A stretch of 63,339 bases of DNA from Gemmatimonadota bacterium (GCA_020350785.1 CP070722.1:4020692-4084030), one strand, 5' to 3'; shown: positions 36,447 through 45,777, numbered from the stretch's first letter. A program made the numbers and translations. Notes: generated by a model from the sequence alone, not told the origin.

Positions 36447-36462
36447 GTTGCACAGATGCAAC
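36447..36462. promoter_or_regulatory. Palindrome GTTGCA-N4-TGCAAC between the divergent regulator and wzc
   Basis: Perfect 6+4+6 inverted repeat in the divergent promoter region. Confidence 0.35.
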
Positions 36463-36680
36463 ATTCAACGGCGGCCGGGGTCTTGCAAGGGCAACACCCG
36501 CTTGCCGATCCTGAGGGCGTCGCTTGGGTCGGATCGCGAGCGCCGATGCGGCGGCGGGGAACACCGTCGAGTTCGAACGGTATCGGGTTTGCTGAGAGGT
36601 CTTTAAATTGGAAGTTTGCGTTCGTGTCACCGTGCCCCGAACGAGCGAGGGCGCCTCATTCAAGGAGTCTGCTAGCAAAG

Positions 36681-39602
36681 ATGTCAAGCAACCTCCCGGC
36701 CGTTGACCCGCCGAGCAGCAGGGGATCTGTTCCCTCACCGGAGCCTTTCGACGCACAGAGGGGCTACGCTGCGGGGCTGATGTCAGCGGAGGCGCCGTTT
36801 GGAGATGGTGGCTTCGATTGGCGGAGGTACGTGGCGGCCCTGCTGCGGTACAAGTGGTTGGTCGTACTTGTCACCGTGGTGGGCACTGCGGTGGGTATAG
36901 GGGCGACCCGGCTGATCGATCCCGAGTATGAAGCTCAGGCGAAGGTACTGATCGAGTCGCGCGATCGAAACGATTTGCGCACGGGCGCGATTCGACCCAG
37001 CGAGCTGTTTCAGTCGCAAGCGGGCTACATAGAGCTTCTGTACACGACGGACCTGGTTCTGAGTCCTGTAGCGGAGCAACTCCAGCTTTATTTGCGCTAC
37101 ACGATCCCGGGCGATTCGCTGGTATTGGGACCGCTGCGGGTGAAGCAGGGTCTGGTGCCCGGCCGATACCGCTTGGTGGTCGATGATGGGGGGCGAAGCT
37201 ACGAGCTTTGGGACGAGGCCGGGGAGATGGTGGTCGAGCGGGGGGCTGTCGGCGATTCGATTGGGCGGTCCTTAGGGTTCGAGTGGGCCCCGCAGGCCGA
37301 GCTTTTGGGCCCGGGCCGGGAGATCCAGTTCGGCTTGTCAACGATCAGGGATGTAGCCGAGGGGTTGGGTCGGAGAATCAGCACCAGCTCGGAGGGCAGT
37401 GGGAACTTCTTGACGCTGACAATGCGGGGCGGCAACCCGGAGCGCGTCGCGGCCATCTTGAACGCCGTCTGCGAGCGCTTTGTGCGGGTGGCCTCGGAGC
37501 TCAAGAACGCCGAGTTGAATGAGGAGATCAGGTACTTAGAGGAGCAGCTCGGGATAGCGAAGCGCGATCTGGAACAGAAGGAGGGTTCGCTTCAAAGGCT
37601 ACGGGTCGAGACGATAACTCTCCCGCGGGAAGGCACGCCGGTGGCGCCTGGGGTGCAGGGCACGACGGGCCCGGCGGAGGACCACTACTTCGGACTCCGG
37701 TATCAGAGAGATCGACTGCAGCACGAGCGTGCCGAGATCCAGAGGGTGCTGGCCGCGGCCGGCGATTCAGGCATCGCGGTAGGTGCGTTGTCGTTTGTTC
37801 CGTCCGTCCAGAACTCGCCGGACATGATGGCGGCGCTTCAGGAGCTTACGCAGAGGCGGCAGGAGCTACGGGTCTACAAGTACGATTACACGGACGAGCA
37901 TCCAGCGGTCCAGTCGATCATGCAGCGCATCGCGACGCTGGAGCGAGTGGAGATTCCCAGGCTGGCCAGCGCTCTGTTGAGCGAGCTGGAGTCACAGCAG
38001 GGAGTGTTGGGCGGCCAGATCGAGTCGGCCTCTCGTGAGCTGCGCCGGATTCCCAGCGTATCGATCGAGGAGTCGCGGCTGGAGCGGGACGTCGACATCG
38101 CGGAAGGCCTCTACACGAACCTGCAGGGCCGCTACGTGGAGCGGCAGCTGGCGATGAAGAGCACGAGTGCCGATGTGCGCGTTCTCGACGATGCTGCGGT
38201 ACCGCGGACGCCGATAAACGGGCAACAGCGCCCGCGTATAATGATCGTCGCATTCATGCTCAGCTTCGGTCTCGGCGTTCTTGGCGCCGTGCTTCTGGAC
38301 CGGATCGACCCGAAGGTGCGCTATCCCGAGCAGGTCAGCCACGAGCTCGGCATACCGATTCTGGGGACGGTGCCACACGCTCCGAGCAGGGACGGCCGGG
38401 TGAGCGAGATCGACATGCGGCCGTTGGTCGAGGCCTTCCGGGGCATCCGGCTGAGCCTGATTCACACCTACGGCACGGCAGGCCCCGTGCTCATTACCGT
38501 CAGTAGTCCGGGGGCCGACGACGGCAAGACCTTTGTGGGCGCTAATCTGGCGTTGGCCTTCGCGGATCTGGGACAGCGCACCTTGGTCATCGACGGCGAC
38601 GTGCGCCGTGGCTGCCTGCACACCAGGCTGGGTGGGTTCCGCAAGCCGGGGCTCATCGACTACCTGGCGGGTCGTACTTCGCGTGAGCAGATCATCCAGT
38701 CCACCGGATACGCGTCGGTAGACCTGATCGCGTCGGGCACCCGAATGCAGAACGCTCCCGAGCTGCTGCAGTCGGCAAACATGTCGTCCCTGATCGCGCG
38801 GCTACGCTCCGATTACGACGTGATCCTGATCGACAGTCCGCCGTTGGCGGCTGGTGTCGATCCACTGGTCTTGGCTACGCTGACCGGCAACCTGCTGCTC
38901 GTGCTTCGCACGGGATCGACCGACCGCGAGTTGCTGGAAGCGAAGCTCGACATGCTCGCCCCACTGCCGATTCGGCTGCTGGGCGCCGTGCTCAACGGCG
39001 TACAGCCCAAGGGCTCGTATCGCTACTACTCGTACTACTACTCGTACCTACCGGGATACGAGTCGCAGGACGAGCAGGAGGCCTTCATCATCAGCAAGCA
39101 GCTCGAGGGGGGCGGCAAACACGCCGCCAGCGAGAATGCTGATGACTGGGAGAGCAGTGACGATCCGTCTCGCTGGGATGGTGGTCGCGCGACTGAGGGC
39201 GGATTCTCCGAGGGCGGGGCGGCTCATCGGGGGGACGCGCGGCCAGAAGCCGACCGCGAGTACAATCGCGACCGGGACCCGAGCGCGGATCCGAAGTGGA
39301 CGTCCAAGGCGAAGAGATCGACCGGGTCTCTATCCGAGAGGGCTGCCGCCGGTCGGCGGCAAGCAGGGCCGGCGGAAGGCTCCGCCATCCGCGATGAGGA
39401 TCTCGGAGAAGATCCCACGGAGTCGATGAAGGGCGAGACTTACCGGGTGGATAGGCGGCCGTCAGAGCGGACACGGTCCGAGGGAATCGCAGACCCGGAT
39501 GCCATAGCCGCCTTGGCCGACGACGACGAGGTCGAGGCCCCCGGCGGCAGAGTGGGCGATGAGAGAGCGAGCCGTGGCGGCCGACGCCGCCATCGGAGCT
39601 GA
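36681..39602 (+). CDS. wzc: Polysaccharide co-polymerase / BY-kinase (Wzc) with long C-terminal tail
   Basis: Two TM helices flanking a coiled-coil periplasmic domain; EAFRGIR, Walker A SPGADDGKT, A' VIDGDVRR, B LIDSPP, Tyr cluster YRYYSYYYSY; AAGGAG before ATG 36681. Confidence 0.92.
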   Translation: MSSNLPAVDPPSSRGSVPSPEPFDAQRGYAAGLMSAEAPFGDGGFDWRRYVAALLRYKWLVVLVTVVGTAVGIGATRLIDPEYEAQAKVLIESRDRNDLRTGAIRPSELFQSQAGYIELLYTTDLVLSPVAEQLQLYLRYTIPGDSLVLGPLRVKQGLVPGRYRLVVDDGGRSYELWDEAGEMVVERGAVGDSIGRSLGFEWAPQAELLGPGREIQFGLSTIRDVAEGLGRRISTSSEGSGNFLTLTMRGGNPERVAAILNAVCERFVRVASELKNAELNEEIRYLEEQLGIAKRDLEQKEGSLQRLRVETITLPREGTPVAPGVQGTTGPAEDHYFGLRYQRDRLQHERAEIQRVLAAAGDSGIAVGALSFVPSVQNSPDMMAALQELTQRRQELRVYKYDYTDEHPAVQSIMQRIATLERVEIPRLASALLSELESQQGVLGGQIESASRELRRIPSVSIEESRLERDVDIAEGLYTNLQGRYVERQLAMKSTSADVRVLDDAAVPRTPINGQQRPRIMIVAFMLSFGLGVLGAVLLDRIDPKVRYPEQVSHELGIPILGTVPHAPSRDGRVSEIDMRPLVEAFRGIRLSLIHTYGTAGPVLITVSSPGADDGKTFVGANLALAFADLGQRTLVIDGDVRRGCLHTRLGGFRKPGLIDYLAGRTSREQIIQSTGYASVDLIASGTRMQNAPELLQSANMSSLIARLRSDYDVILIDSPPLAAGVDPLVLATLTGNLLLVLRTGSTDRELLEAKLDMLAPLPIRLLGAVLNGVQPKGSYRYYSYYYSYLPGYESQDEQEAFIISKQLEGGGKHAASENADDWESSDDPSRWDGGRATEGGFSEGGAAHRGDARPEADREYNRDRDPSADPKWTSKAKRSTGSLSERAAAGRRQAGPAEGSAIRDEDLGEDPTESMKGETYRVDRRPSERTRSEGIADPDAIAALADDDEVEAPGGRVGDERASRGGRRRHRS

Positions 39603-40079
39603 CCGCCAGTCTTGCGGGTCAGTCGAGAGGTAGGGAATCCTAGCGCTGGCCCCGGAAGCGCCTGATGGGTGATATATCGGGCGCTGCCTGAGATTGCCGC
39701 AACGCCCGCCAGCAAGGCGGTGGGCTGGACGCCGGCCGCCCGAAAGTCACTTACCGCATCGTAACCGAGAGCAAGAGTTTGATCGCCGGGTCGCTCGCCT
39801 CGTCACCTTGAGCGGCGGGGGCTGCGTCTGGCGCCCCGACCCCTTCGGGTGAAGCGGAGCCCGAATCCGGGCGTTCTGTGTCGCGGCGGCACCACGCCCG
39901 GTCAATTCGACCGTGTGGCGGTCCATTTGGCCTTATTCGTAAGTGTCAGCGGAGCAGCGTGTTGCGGTTGCCGGTCGGGATCGATTCGGCTCCGGCCTCA
40001 AACTTGAAGCCTGTCCTACGTTCGTCGGCCGGTTTTGCGTCCGGCGCGGCGCAAGTTAACATTAGCGCGGAGAAACTCG

Positions 40080-40220
40080 ATGGGTCGCGCAGGTACCCTA
40101 TTCATCATTCTGGCCGCGCTCTTCGGCGCTGCCTTCGCCGCCTGGTTGACCCGGCGGGCGCCTGTGGATTCTGAGGAAGCCCGACTCGACTACCGTGCGG
40201 CCGAACTGGCTGAGATATGA
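40080..40220 (+). CDS. Small single-TM membrane protein (46 aa)
   Basis: MGRAGTLFIILAALFGAAFAAWLTRR..; GGAG upstream; stop overlaps the next start as ATGA. Confidence 0.5.
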   Translation: MGRAGTLFIILAALFGAAFAAWLTRRAPVDSEEARLDYRAAELAEI

Positions 40221-41020
40221 GACGAATCTGCATAGCCGTCGTAGCTCTTTGCGCACTGGCGGTCCTTCCGGACCTTCATGCCCAGCAGAGCGAATGGAAT
40301 CCGGCGCTGGTGGGAGCGACGCGCCAATATCTCGAGGAGTTGCGCTCAAACCTCGAGAACGCCTCGCGCTCACAAGCTTACAGCGAAGATCTGCGCGCCC
40401 GTGCCCGGGCGGAGGCCGAGCGAGTGAGGACGAGGTTGGAGGAGGGCGACTTCCGCGTCGGCGACAGAGTCATTCTCCGGTCGGACAGGCCCAGGCCTGC
40501 GACGGACGTGACGGGTACGGGTCCGGTGATCGACACGCTGGCGGTGGAGCCCGGCCTGTTGCTGGACCTTCCAGAGGTCGGTCGTGTGCCTCTGAGGGGA
40601 GTGTTGCGGTCTGAGCTCGAGTCGTATCTAACCGATCAGATGTCACGATTTGTGAACGAGCCGAACGTGCGTGCTCAGAGTTACATCCGGGTCTCGATAC
40701 TCGGTGAGGTGGCGCAGCCGGGGTTTCACCTGATTCCACCGGAAACGCCGCTTGCGGACGCCCTGATGACCGTTGGTGGGCCGACCCAGATGGCCGACTG
40801 GACACGGGTGCGGGTGGAACGAGACCAGCGTGTCGTCTTGGATGGGGGGCAGCTGCAGACGGCGCTCCATACGGGGATGACGTTGGGCGAGATCGAGATG
40901 CGCGCGGGTGATGTGATTGTCGTACCGAGACGGGCGCGATTCTCATTGAATGAGATTCTGGGCTTCGTCGCGGTGATCGCCGGAACCGTCTTTGCCCTCC
41001 AGCGAATTGGGATAATCTGA
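40217..41020 (+). CDS. SLBB-domain polysaccharide export protein (Wza/OPX-like)
   Basis: Signal peptide, F.VGDRVIL, LPEVG.V.LRG, VSILGEV..PGF, L.DAL...GG, GDVIVVP, C-terminal hydrophobic helix. Confidence 0.85.
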   Translation: MRRICIAVVALCALAVLPDLHAQQSEWNPALVGATRQYLEELRSNLENASRSQAYSEDLRARARAEAERVRTRLEEGDFRVGDRVILRSDRPRPATDVTGTGPVIDTLAVEPGLLLDLPEVGRVPLRGVLRSELESYLTDQMSRFVNEPNVRAQSYIRVSILGEVAQPGFHLIPPETPLADALMTVGGPTQMADWTRVRVERDQRVVLDGGQLQTALHTGMTLGEIEMRAGDVIVVPRRARFSLNEILGFVAVIAGTVFALQRIGII

Positions 41021-41042
41021 GGCGCGCCCGCTTCCAGGCTGT

Positions 41043-42137
41043 ATGATGAAGCGAGTATTACACGTGGCGGGCGCGCGCCCGAACTTCATGAAGATCGCGC
41101 CGGTGATGTCGGCGCTGCGCGCCTACCCACAGGTCTCACAGACACTGATCCATACCGGACAGCACTACGACGAGGCGCTGTCGAAGGTCTTCTTCGACGA
41201 ACTCGAGCTGCCCCGGCCGGATGAGGACTTGGGCGTCGGTTCGGGTTCTCATGCCGAGCAGACCGCCAAGGTGATGCTCGCATTCGAAGGTGTCTGTCTC
41301 AGGCGTGAGCCCGACGCGGTCGTGGTGGTTGGGGATGTAAACTCGACCGTGGCCTGCTCCCTGGTCGCCGCCAAGCTCGGCATCACGCTGGCGCATGTGG
41401 AGGCTGGTCTCCGTTCCTTCGACTGGAGCATGCCTGAAGAGATCAATCGGGTGGTCACCGACCGCTTGTCCGATCTGCTATTCACGACTGAGCGCAGCGC
41501 CAACGAGAATCTGCTGGCGGAAGGCACCCCGGCGCAGCGGATCCATTTCGTCGGCAACGTAATGATCGACACCCTGTTGGCCCATCGCCGTCGCGCCGCG
41601 GCGGGCGCGGCTCTGGAGCGGTTCGGACTTGCGGCACGGCGCTACGCGCTCGTCACCCTGCACCGTCCATCCAACGTTGACAGCCCCCAGTCGCTCGCCC
41701 CGATCCTCGAGGGTCTGGCCCGGGTCGCGGCAGAGATGCCGGTACTTTTTCCGGCCCATCCGCGGACCCGCCAGCGGCTCGAGACTTTCGGCCTACAGGA
41801 CCGTCTGGGCGGGATCAGGGTCATCGACCCCCTCGGCTACCTGGACTTCTTGGCTCTGATGGCCGAGGCTGCCATCGTGCTCACCGACTCCGGTGGCATT
41901 CAGGAGGAGACCACTGTCTTGGGTGTCCCCTGTCTGACTTTGCGCCCGAACACGGAGCGACCGGTGACTCTGACGGAGGGCACCAACCAGTTGGTCGCGC
42001 TCGAGGCGGACGCGATCGTCGATGCGGCTTCGCAGGCGGCTCGCGAGCGGAATGGCGTGCGACCGCCCGAGAGGGTTCCCGAGCTGTGGGATGGGAGCGC
42101 CGCGACCCGGATCGCTCAGATCATCGCCGAGGCGTAG
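41043..42137 (+). CDS. wecB: UDP-N-acetylglucosamine 2-epimerase (non-hydrolysing)
   Basis: GARPNFMK, HTGQHYD, VVGDVNST, HVEAGLRS..MPEEINR, VTLHRPSNVD, TDSGGIQEE. Confidence 0.95.
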   Translation: MMKRVLHVAGARPNFMKIAPVMSALRAYPQVSQTLIHTGQHYDEALSKVFFDELELPRPDEDLGVGSGSHAEQTAKVMLAFEGVCLRREPDAVVVVGDVNSTVACSLVAAKLGITLAHVEAGLRSFDWSMPEEINRVVTDRLSDLLFTTERSANENLLAEGTPAQRIHFVGNVMIDTLLAHRRRAAAGAALERFGLAARRYALVTLHRPSNVDSPQSLAPILEGLARVAAEMPVLFPAHPRTRQRLETFGLQDRLGGIRVIDPLGYLDFLALMAEAAIVLTDSGGIQEETTVLGVPCLTLRPNTERPVTLTEGTNQLVALEADAIVDAASQAARERNGVRPPERVPELWDGSAATRIAQIIAEA

Positions 42138-42165
42138 GAGACCGGGGCGGTGGAGCGCGGCCGGG

Positions 42166-43254
42166 CTATCCTGCGGCCATTGACTTGCGCGGCGGCTCTT
42201 CCTGGGCCGACGGCTGTCGATCCGGCCCTGTCAGGGGAGTGGCCGACCGGCCGGGAGGCCGGCGCCGTTTGAAAAAGCGCTCCAGCAGCATCTCCCGGTT
42301 ATCGGCCAGGAAATCGGCGAGGGTCTTCTCTGTATTTGCGCGCGTCGAGATGTAGCAGCTTTCACACGTGTTGTTCGCTGTGAACTCACGCAGCATGTCC
42401 CGCTGTGAGCGGTACTTGGCCCATACCATGGCACAGGGCGTGAGCGCCCCGTCGGGATTGATGACGAGGAAGCGTCTGCCCGCCTGGCAGCCGGGGATGC
42501 CGCGCTCCGTGAAGAAGCGATAGTACTTCCACATGACGCGCTCGGAGCTGTAGACCGGGAAGCCCGCTTTCTTCATGTCGATCACTCTCTGGAAACAGTC
42601 GCGCACCTCCTGAAGCTGGTCGGGGCGCGGCAGGCCGTTCTCGTCGTTGACGCGGAGCGGGCTGTAGACCGAGAAATTGATGCTGGTGTTCCAGCGGCGA
42701 GCCAGTTCCACCATGGCTGGAAGATCGCGGTAGTTCCAGGCGGTGATACAGGAATTCAAAGACAAATCACCGTTCCCCAGAGCGGTGATCTCGGGAATCA
42801 CGCGGTCCATCTTCTCGAATAGACCGGGGATGCGCCGAAACTCGCTATGCCGTTCGTCCGGGAAGTCGAGGGAGATCGAGAACTGATTAATGCCCGCCTC
42901 GCGCAGCTTCCAGTACTTGTCTACGGTCAAGGCGGCGGCGTTGCTGACTAGCACCATCCATGGCAGATCTCCCGGGTTGGCCATGGCGCGCGCGATCTCG
43001 TAGACGTCGCCCCGGGCAAGCGGCTCACCTCCGGAAATGTGGGATACCGCGGGTCGCAGCTCCCTACATATTGCCGCGTAGTCCTCCGCCTGCAGCCGGC
43101 TCTCCCCTTTCACTGGGCCGCCCCAGTTGCAGTGCCAGCAGTTGGCCGTGCAGTAGTGAGTGACCTCGAACGACACTGAGAGCGGAAGCTGTGCGAATTT
43201 ATTGCGTATGCCGCGGGCCAACATCTTAAGTGCCAAGCGAGCGGTGATATTCAT
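42166..43254 (-). CDS. Radical SAM protein with Twitch/SPASM-like auxiliary domain
   Basis: CTANCWHC, SGGEPL, ISLD, C-terminal CQAG..F..INPDG.LTPC and CESC. Confidence 0.9.
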   Translation of the reverse strand: MNITARLALKMLARGIRNKFAQLPLSVSFEVTHYCTANCWHCNWGGPVKGESRLQAEDYAAICRELRPAVSHISGGEPLARGDVYEIARAMANPGDLPWMVLVSNAAALTVDKYWKLREAGINQFSISLDFPDERHSEFRRIPGLFEKMDRVIPEITALGNGDLSLNSCITAWNYRDLPAMVELARRWNTSINFSVYSPLRVNDENGLPRPDQLQEVRDCFQRVIDMKKAGFPVYSSERVMWKYYRFFTERGIPGCQAGRRFLVINPDGALTPCAMVWAKYRSQRDMLREFTANNTCESCYISTRANTEKTLADFLADNREMLLERFFKRRRPPGRSATPLTGPDRQPSAQEEPPRKSMAAG

Positions 43255-43970
43255 TCAGCAGCCCCTTTGCCCTGATCCAAAGATTCACGCGCACTGGACC
43301 ACGTGCCTCTCCGTTGCTTGAAGTGAGTCCAGGCCATCGGCACGGCCCGGACTGCGTACGTAGCGAAGATCACGATGACCGCAGAGATCAACATCCAGGT
43401 CGGTATTCCGAGAGCCGCGCCGGCCCAAGCCAGCAGCCAGTAGCGAGGAAAACGCGATACGGACAGTGCCAGCAGGTATCGCCAGAGCGGGTAGTGAATC
43501 GAGAAACAGAGAAACTTGAACGGCCAGAAGGGAATGGGCGTGAACCCGGTCGCGACCAGCGTGGCGAACGGGTATCGCATGAATAGGTCGGTCGACTTTC
43601 TATAGAAGCGATTCTCTTTGTAAGAAGTGATCTTCTGATAGTTGAGTACCGGCACAAAGACCTGGTGGTCTAGCCAGCCGGCGATCAGGGTGCCGCCGGT
43701 GGCCGCCGCGGCAGACAGCCACCAATTGGCGAACTTGCCGTAGTAGATCAGGACAGGCTCGTGGGGGAAGAGAGAGATCGCCGAGTTGGACGGTATGGAG
43801 TAGAAGAACAGGTAGGCGTAACCGTCCCTTTGCGCCATCGTGGTCATCAGTACAAAAGTGACCACGCCGATTAAGACCATCAGAGCGCCAAGCCACCAAA
43901 CGCGTGGTGGCAGTTTCTCGTATTCCGTTGGCGTCAGAGGGGTCCTAGCCAGTGTAGTAGAGTCGGTCAC
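43251..43970 (-). CDS. DedA/VTT (SNARE-associated) family membrane protein
   Basis: Hydrophobic, FPHEP re-entrant segment, TGFTPIPFWPFK, RFPRY; ATGA coupling to the radical SAM gene. Confidence 0.75.
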   Translation of the reverse strand: MTDSTTLARTPLTPTEYEKLPPRVWWLGALMVLIGVVTFVLMTTMAQRDGYAYLFFYSIPSNSAISLFPHEPVLIYYGKFANWWLSAAAATGGTLIAGWLDHQVFVPVLNYQKITSYKENRFYRKSTDLFMRYPFATLVATGFTPIPFWPFKFLCFSIHYPLWRYLLALSVSRFPRYWLLAWAGAALGIPTWMLISAVIVIFATYAVRAVPMAWTHFKQRRGTWSSARESLDQGKGAAE

Positions 43971-44149
43971 GTTCTCCGCGCATCCGGCTGCCTGAACCTG
44001 TATATTGTATAGTTACCTTGGGCTTGGCCGTCGCCCGGGCGCCGGCTGGGTCGCAAGCTATGCGCGAGCTTGGCGGCGGGGCAAGGGCGGCCCGTCCGGA
44101 TCCCATAAGTAGTTGTGCCAGGAAATGACCCGCTCTAGGAGATCCACCG

Positions 44150-44389
44150 ATGGATTGCGCTATTTGTGGCGCCGACCTGCACATAGATGCACTCAAATGC
44201 CTGACCTGTGGGGCGCCGGCCGATGACCGAGCGACTTCAGGCGAGCGGTCGCAATGCTCGCTCTGTCGGGAGGTGCTCTGGTCGCTCGCCGAGACCTGCG
44301 TGCACTGCAAGGCCAGAGGCTACCCCGCACTGCGACCAAGGTTGGGCGACAAGAGTCGCGGCGCTCCGGAGGACGAGATCGGCGCGTAG
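44150..44389 (+). CDS. Double zinc-ribbon small protein (79 aa)
   Basis: Two C-x2-C-x10-C-x2-C units (CAIC/CLTC and CSLC/CVHC); AGGAG RBS. Confidence 0.75.
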   Translation: MDCAICGADLHIDALKCLTCGAPADDRATSGERSQCSLCREVLWSLAETCVHCKARGYPALRPRLGDKSRGAPEDEIGA

Positions 44390-44529
44390 CCCCATCCTGC
44401 AGAGTGTCACAATCATCCAAGTATAGACGTCGTTCCAGTGGGGATGGCGATTGCGCTACGAGGGTTGGGCGCCTCGTGTTTGGAGGCCGCCGCGCTCTCT
44501 TTGGAAGTGGAAGCTGCAGTGGAGGAACC

Positions 44530-45777
44530 ATGAGAACAATAATCGCTTTGGGCACGACCTTATGGGTGGCAGCGCTGACGACGAGCTGCGGCAGTGACCC
44601 CGTTGGGCCCCAGGAGATCACCCAGCTGCCGCGCGACCTGGAAGTAGCGGAGGTCGAGCTCATCGCAGCGGACAACGCTTTCGGCTTGAAGCTCTTCCGC
44701 CAGATCCAGGCGGAGACCGCTGACGGCAACATCTTCGTCTCGCCGCTCAGCGTGGCCATGGCGTTGGGCATGACCTACAACGGCGCGGCGGGCTCGACGC
44801 TGTCGGCGATGCAAGAGACGCTGGAATTGCAGGGACTCACGCTGGAGCAGGTAAACCGGTCTTACCGTAGCCTTATCGATCTACTTGCCGGCTTGGACCC
44901 GTCCGTCGAGTTCATCCTGGCCAACTCGATCTGGTACCGCCAGGGCTTTCCGGTGGAGCAGAGCTTCCTCGACGTTAATCGGGAGTACTTCGATGCGGAG
45001 GTCGCGGCTCTCGACTTCGCCAGCCCGGGAGCGGCGACGACGATCAATGACTGGGTGGCAGAGAAGACCAACGGGCGGATCGACGAAATCGTGGACAGCC
45101 CCATCGATCCGATCCTCGTCATGTTTCTGATCAACGCCATCTACTTCAAGGGCGATTGGACCTATCAGTTCGACCGAGATCTTACCAGGGACGCGCCGTT
45201 TTTCCTGGAGAGTGGTAGCGAGAAGCTGGTTCCCACGATGGCTTACGGTGAACCAGTCGAGGTGGGCTACTACAAGGACTCGGAGATCGAGGCTGTGGAT
45301 CTGCCCTACGGTGGCAAGGCCTATAGTATGACGATCATGCTGCCGGTGGGTGAAGGTAATGTCGGTGCTCTGGTGGAGTCTCTCGATGGAGCCCGCTGGG
45401 CGCAAGTAGTGGGAGGCATGGCCGTACTGGAGGCCGAGGTGCGGATGCCGAAGTTCACCCTGGAGTACGAGCTGGAGCTTAACGATGCACTCAAGGCCCT
45501 GGGCATGGAGGTAGCCTTCGATCAAGGGGCGGCGGACTTCTCCAAGATCTATCCGGGCCCCGAGCGCCTGTTCATCAGCAAGGTCAAGCACAAGACTTTC
45601 GTCGACGTGAACGAGGAGGGTACCGAGGCTGCGGCGGTCACGTCGGTCGAGGTCGGGCTGACCTCCGCGCCCCCCGTCATCAGTGTCGACAGGCCGTTCG
45701 TCTTCGTGATACGCGAGAGGCTCTCCAGCACCATTCTGTTCATGGGCCTGATCACGGATCCGGCCGGCGCGGCTTGA
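44530..45777 (+). CDS. Serpin family lipoprotein
   Basis: GGAGG RBS; lipobox LTTS-C; NIFVSPLSV..AL, ANSIW, LINAIYFKG.W, LPY, MPKF, VDVNEEGTEAAAVT hinge, DRPFVFVI. Confidence 0.95.
   Translation: MRTIIALGTTLWVAALTTSCGSDPVGPQEITQLPRDLEVAEVELIAADNAFGLKLFRQIQAETADGNIFVSPLSVAMALGMTYNGAAGSTLSAMQETLELQGLTLEQVNRSYRSLIDLLAGLDPSVEFILANSIWYRQGFPVEQSFLDVNREYFDAEVAALDFASPGAATTINDWVAEKTNGRIDEIVDSPIDPILVMFLINAIYFKGDWTYQFDRDLTRDAPFFLESGSEKLVPTMAYGEPVEVGYYKDSEIEAVDLPYGGKAYSMTIMLPVGEGNVGALVESLDGARWAQVVGGMAVLEAEVRMPKFTLEYELELNDALKALGMEVAFDQGAADFSKIYPGPERLFISKVKHKTFVDVNEEGTEAAAVTSVEVGLTSAPPVISVDRPFVFVIRERLSSTILFMGLITDPAGAA

Noticed and set aside
36420-36680. 87-codon N-terminal extension of wzc, and similar ORF-track extensions at 2220, 3805, 11971, 12175, 22730, 44254, 46222 and 59900
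   Set aside because: Downstream starts have better RBS or gene coupling and match family N-termini; the extensions look non-coding.
42166-43254. Specific call such as HpnH, MoaA or PqqE for the radical SAM gene
   Set aside because: No family-specific signatures or partner genes recognised.
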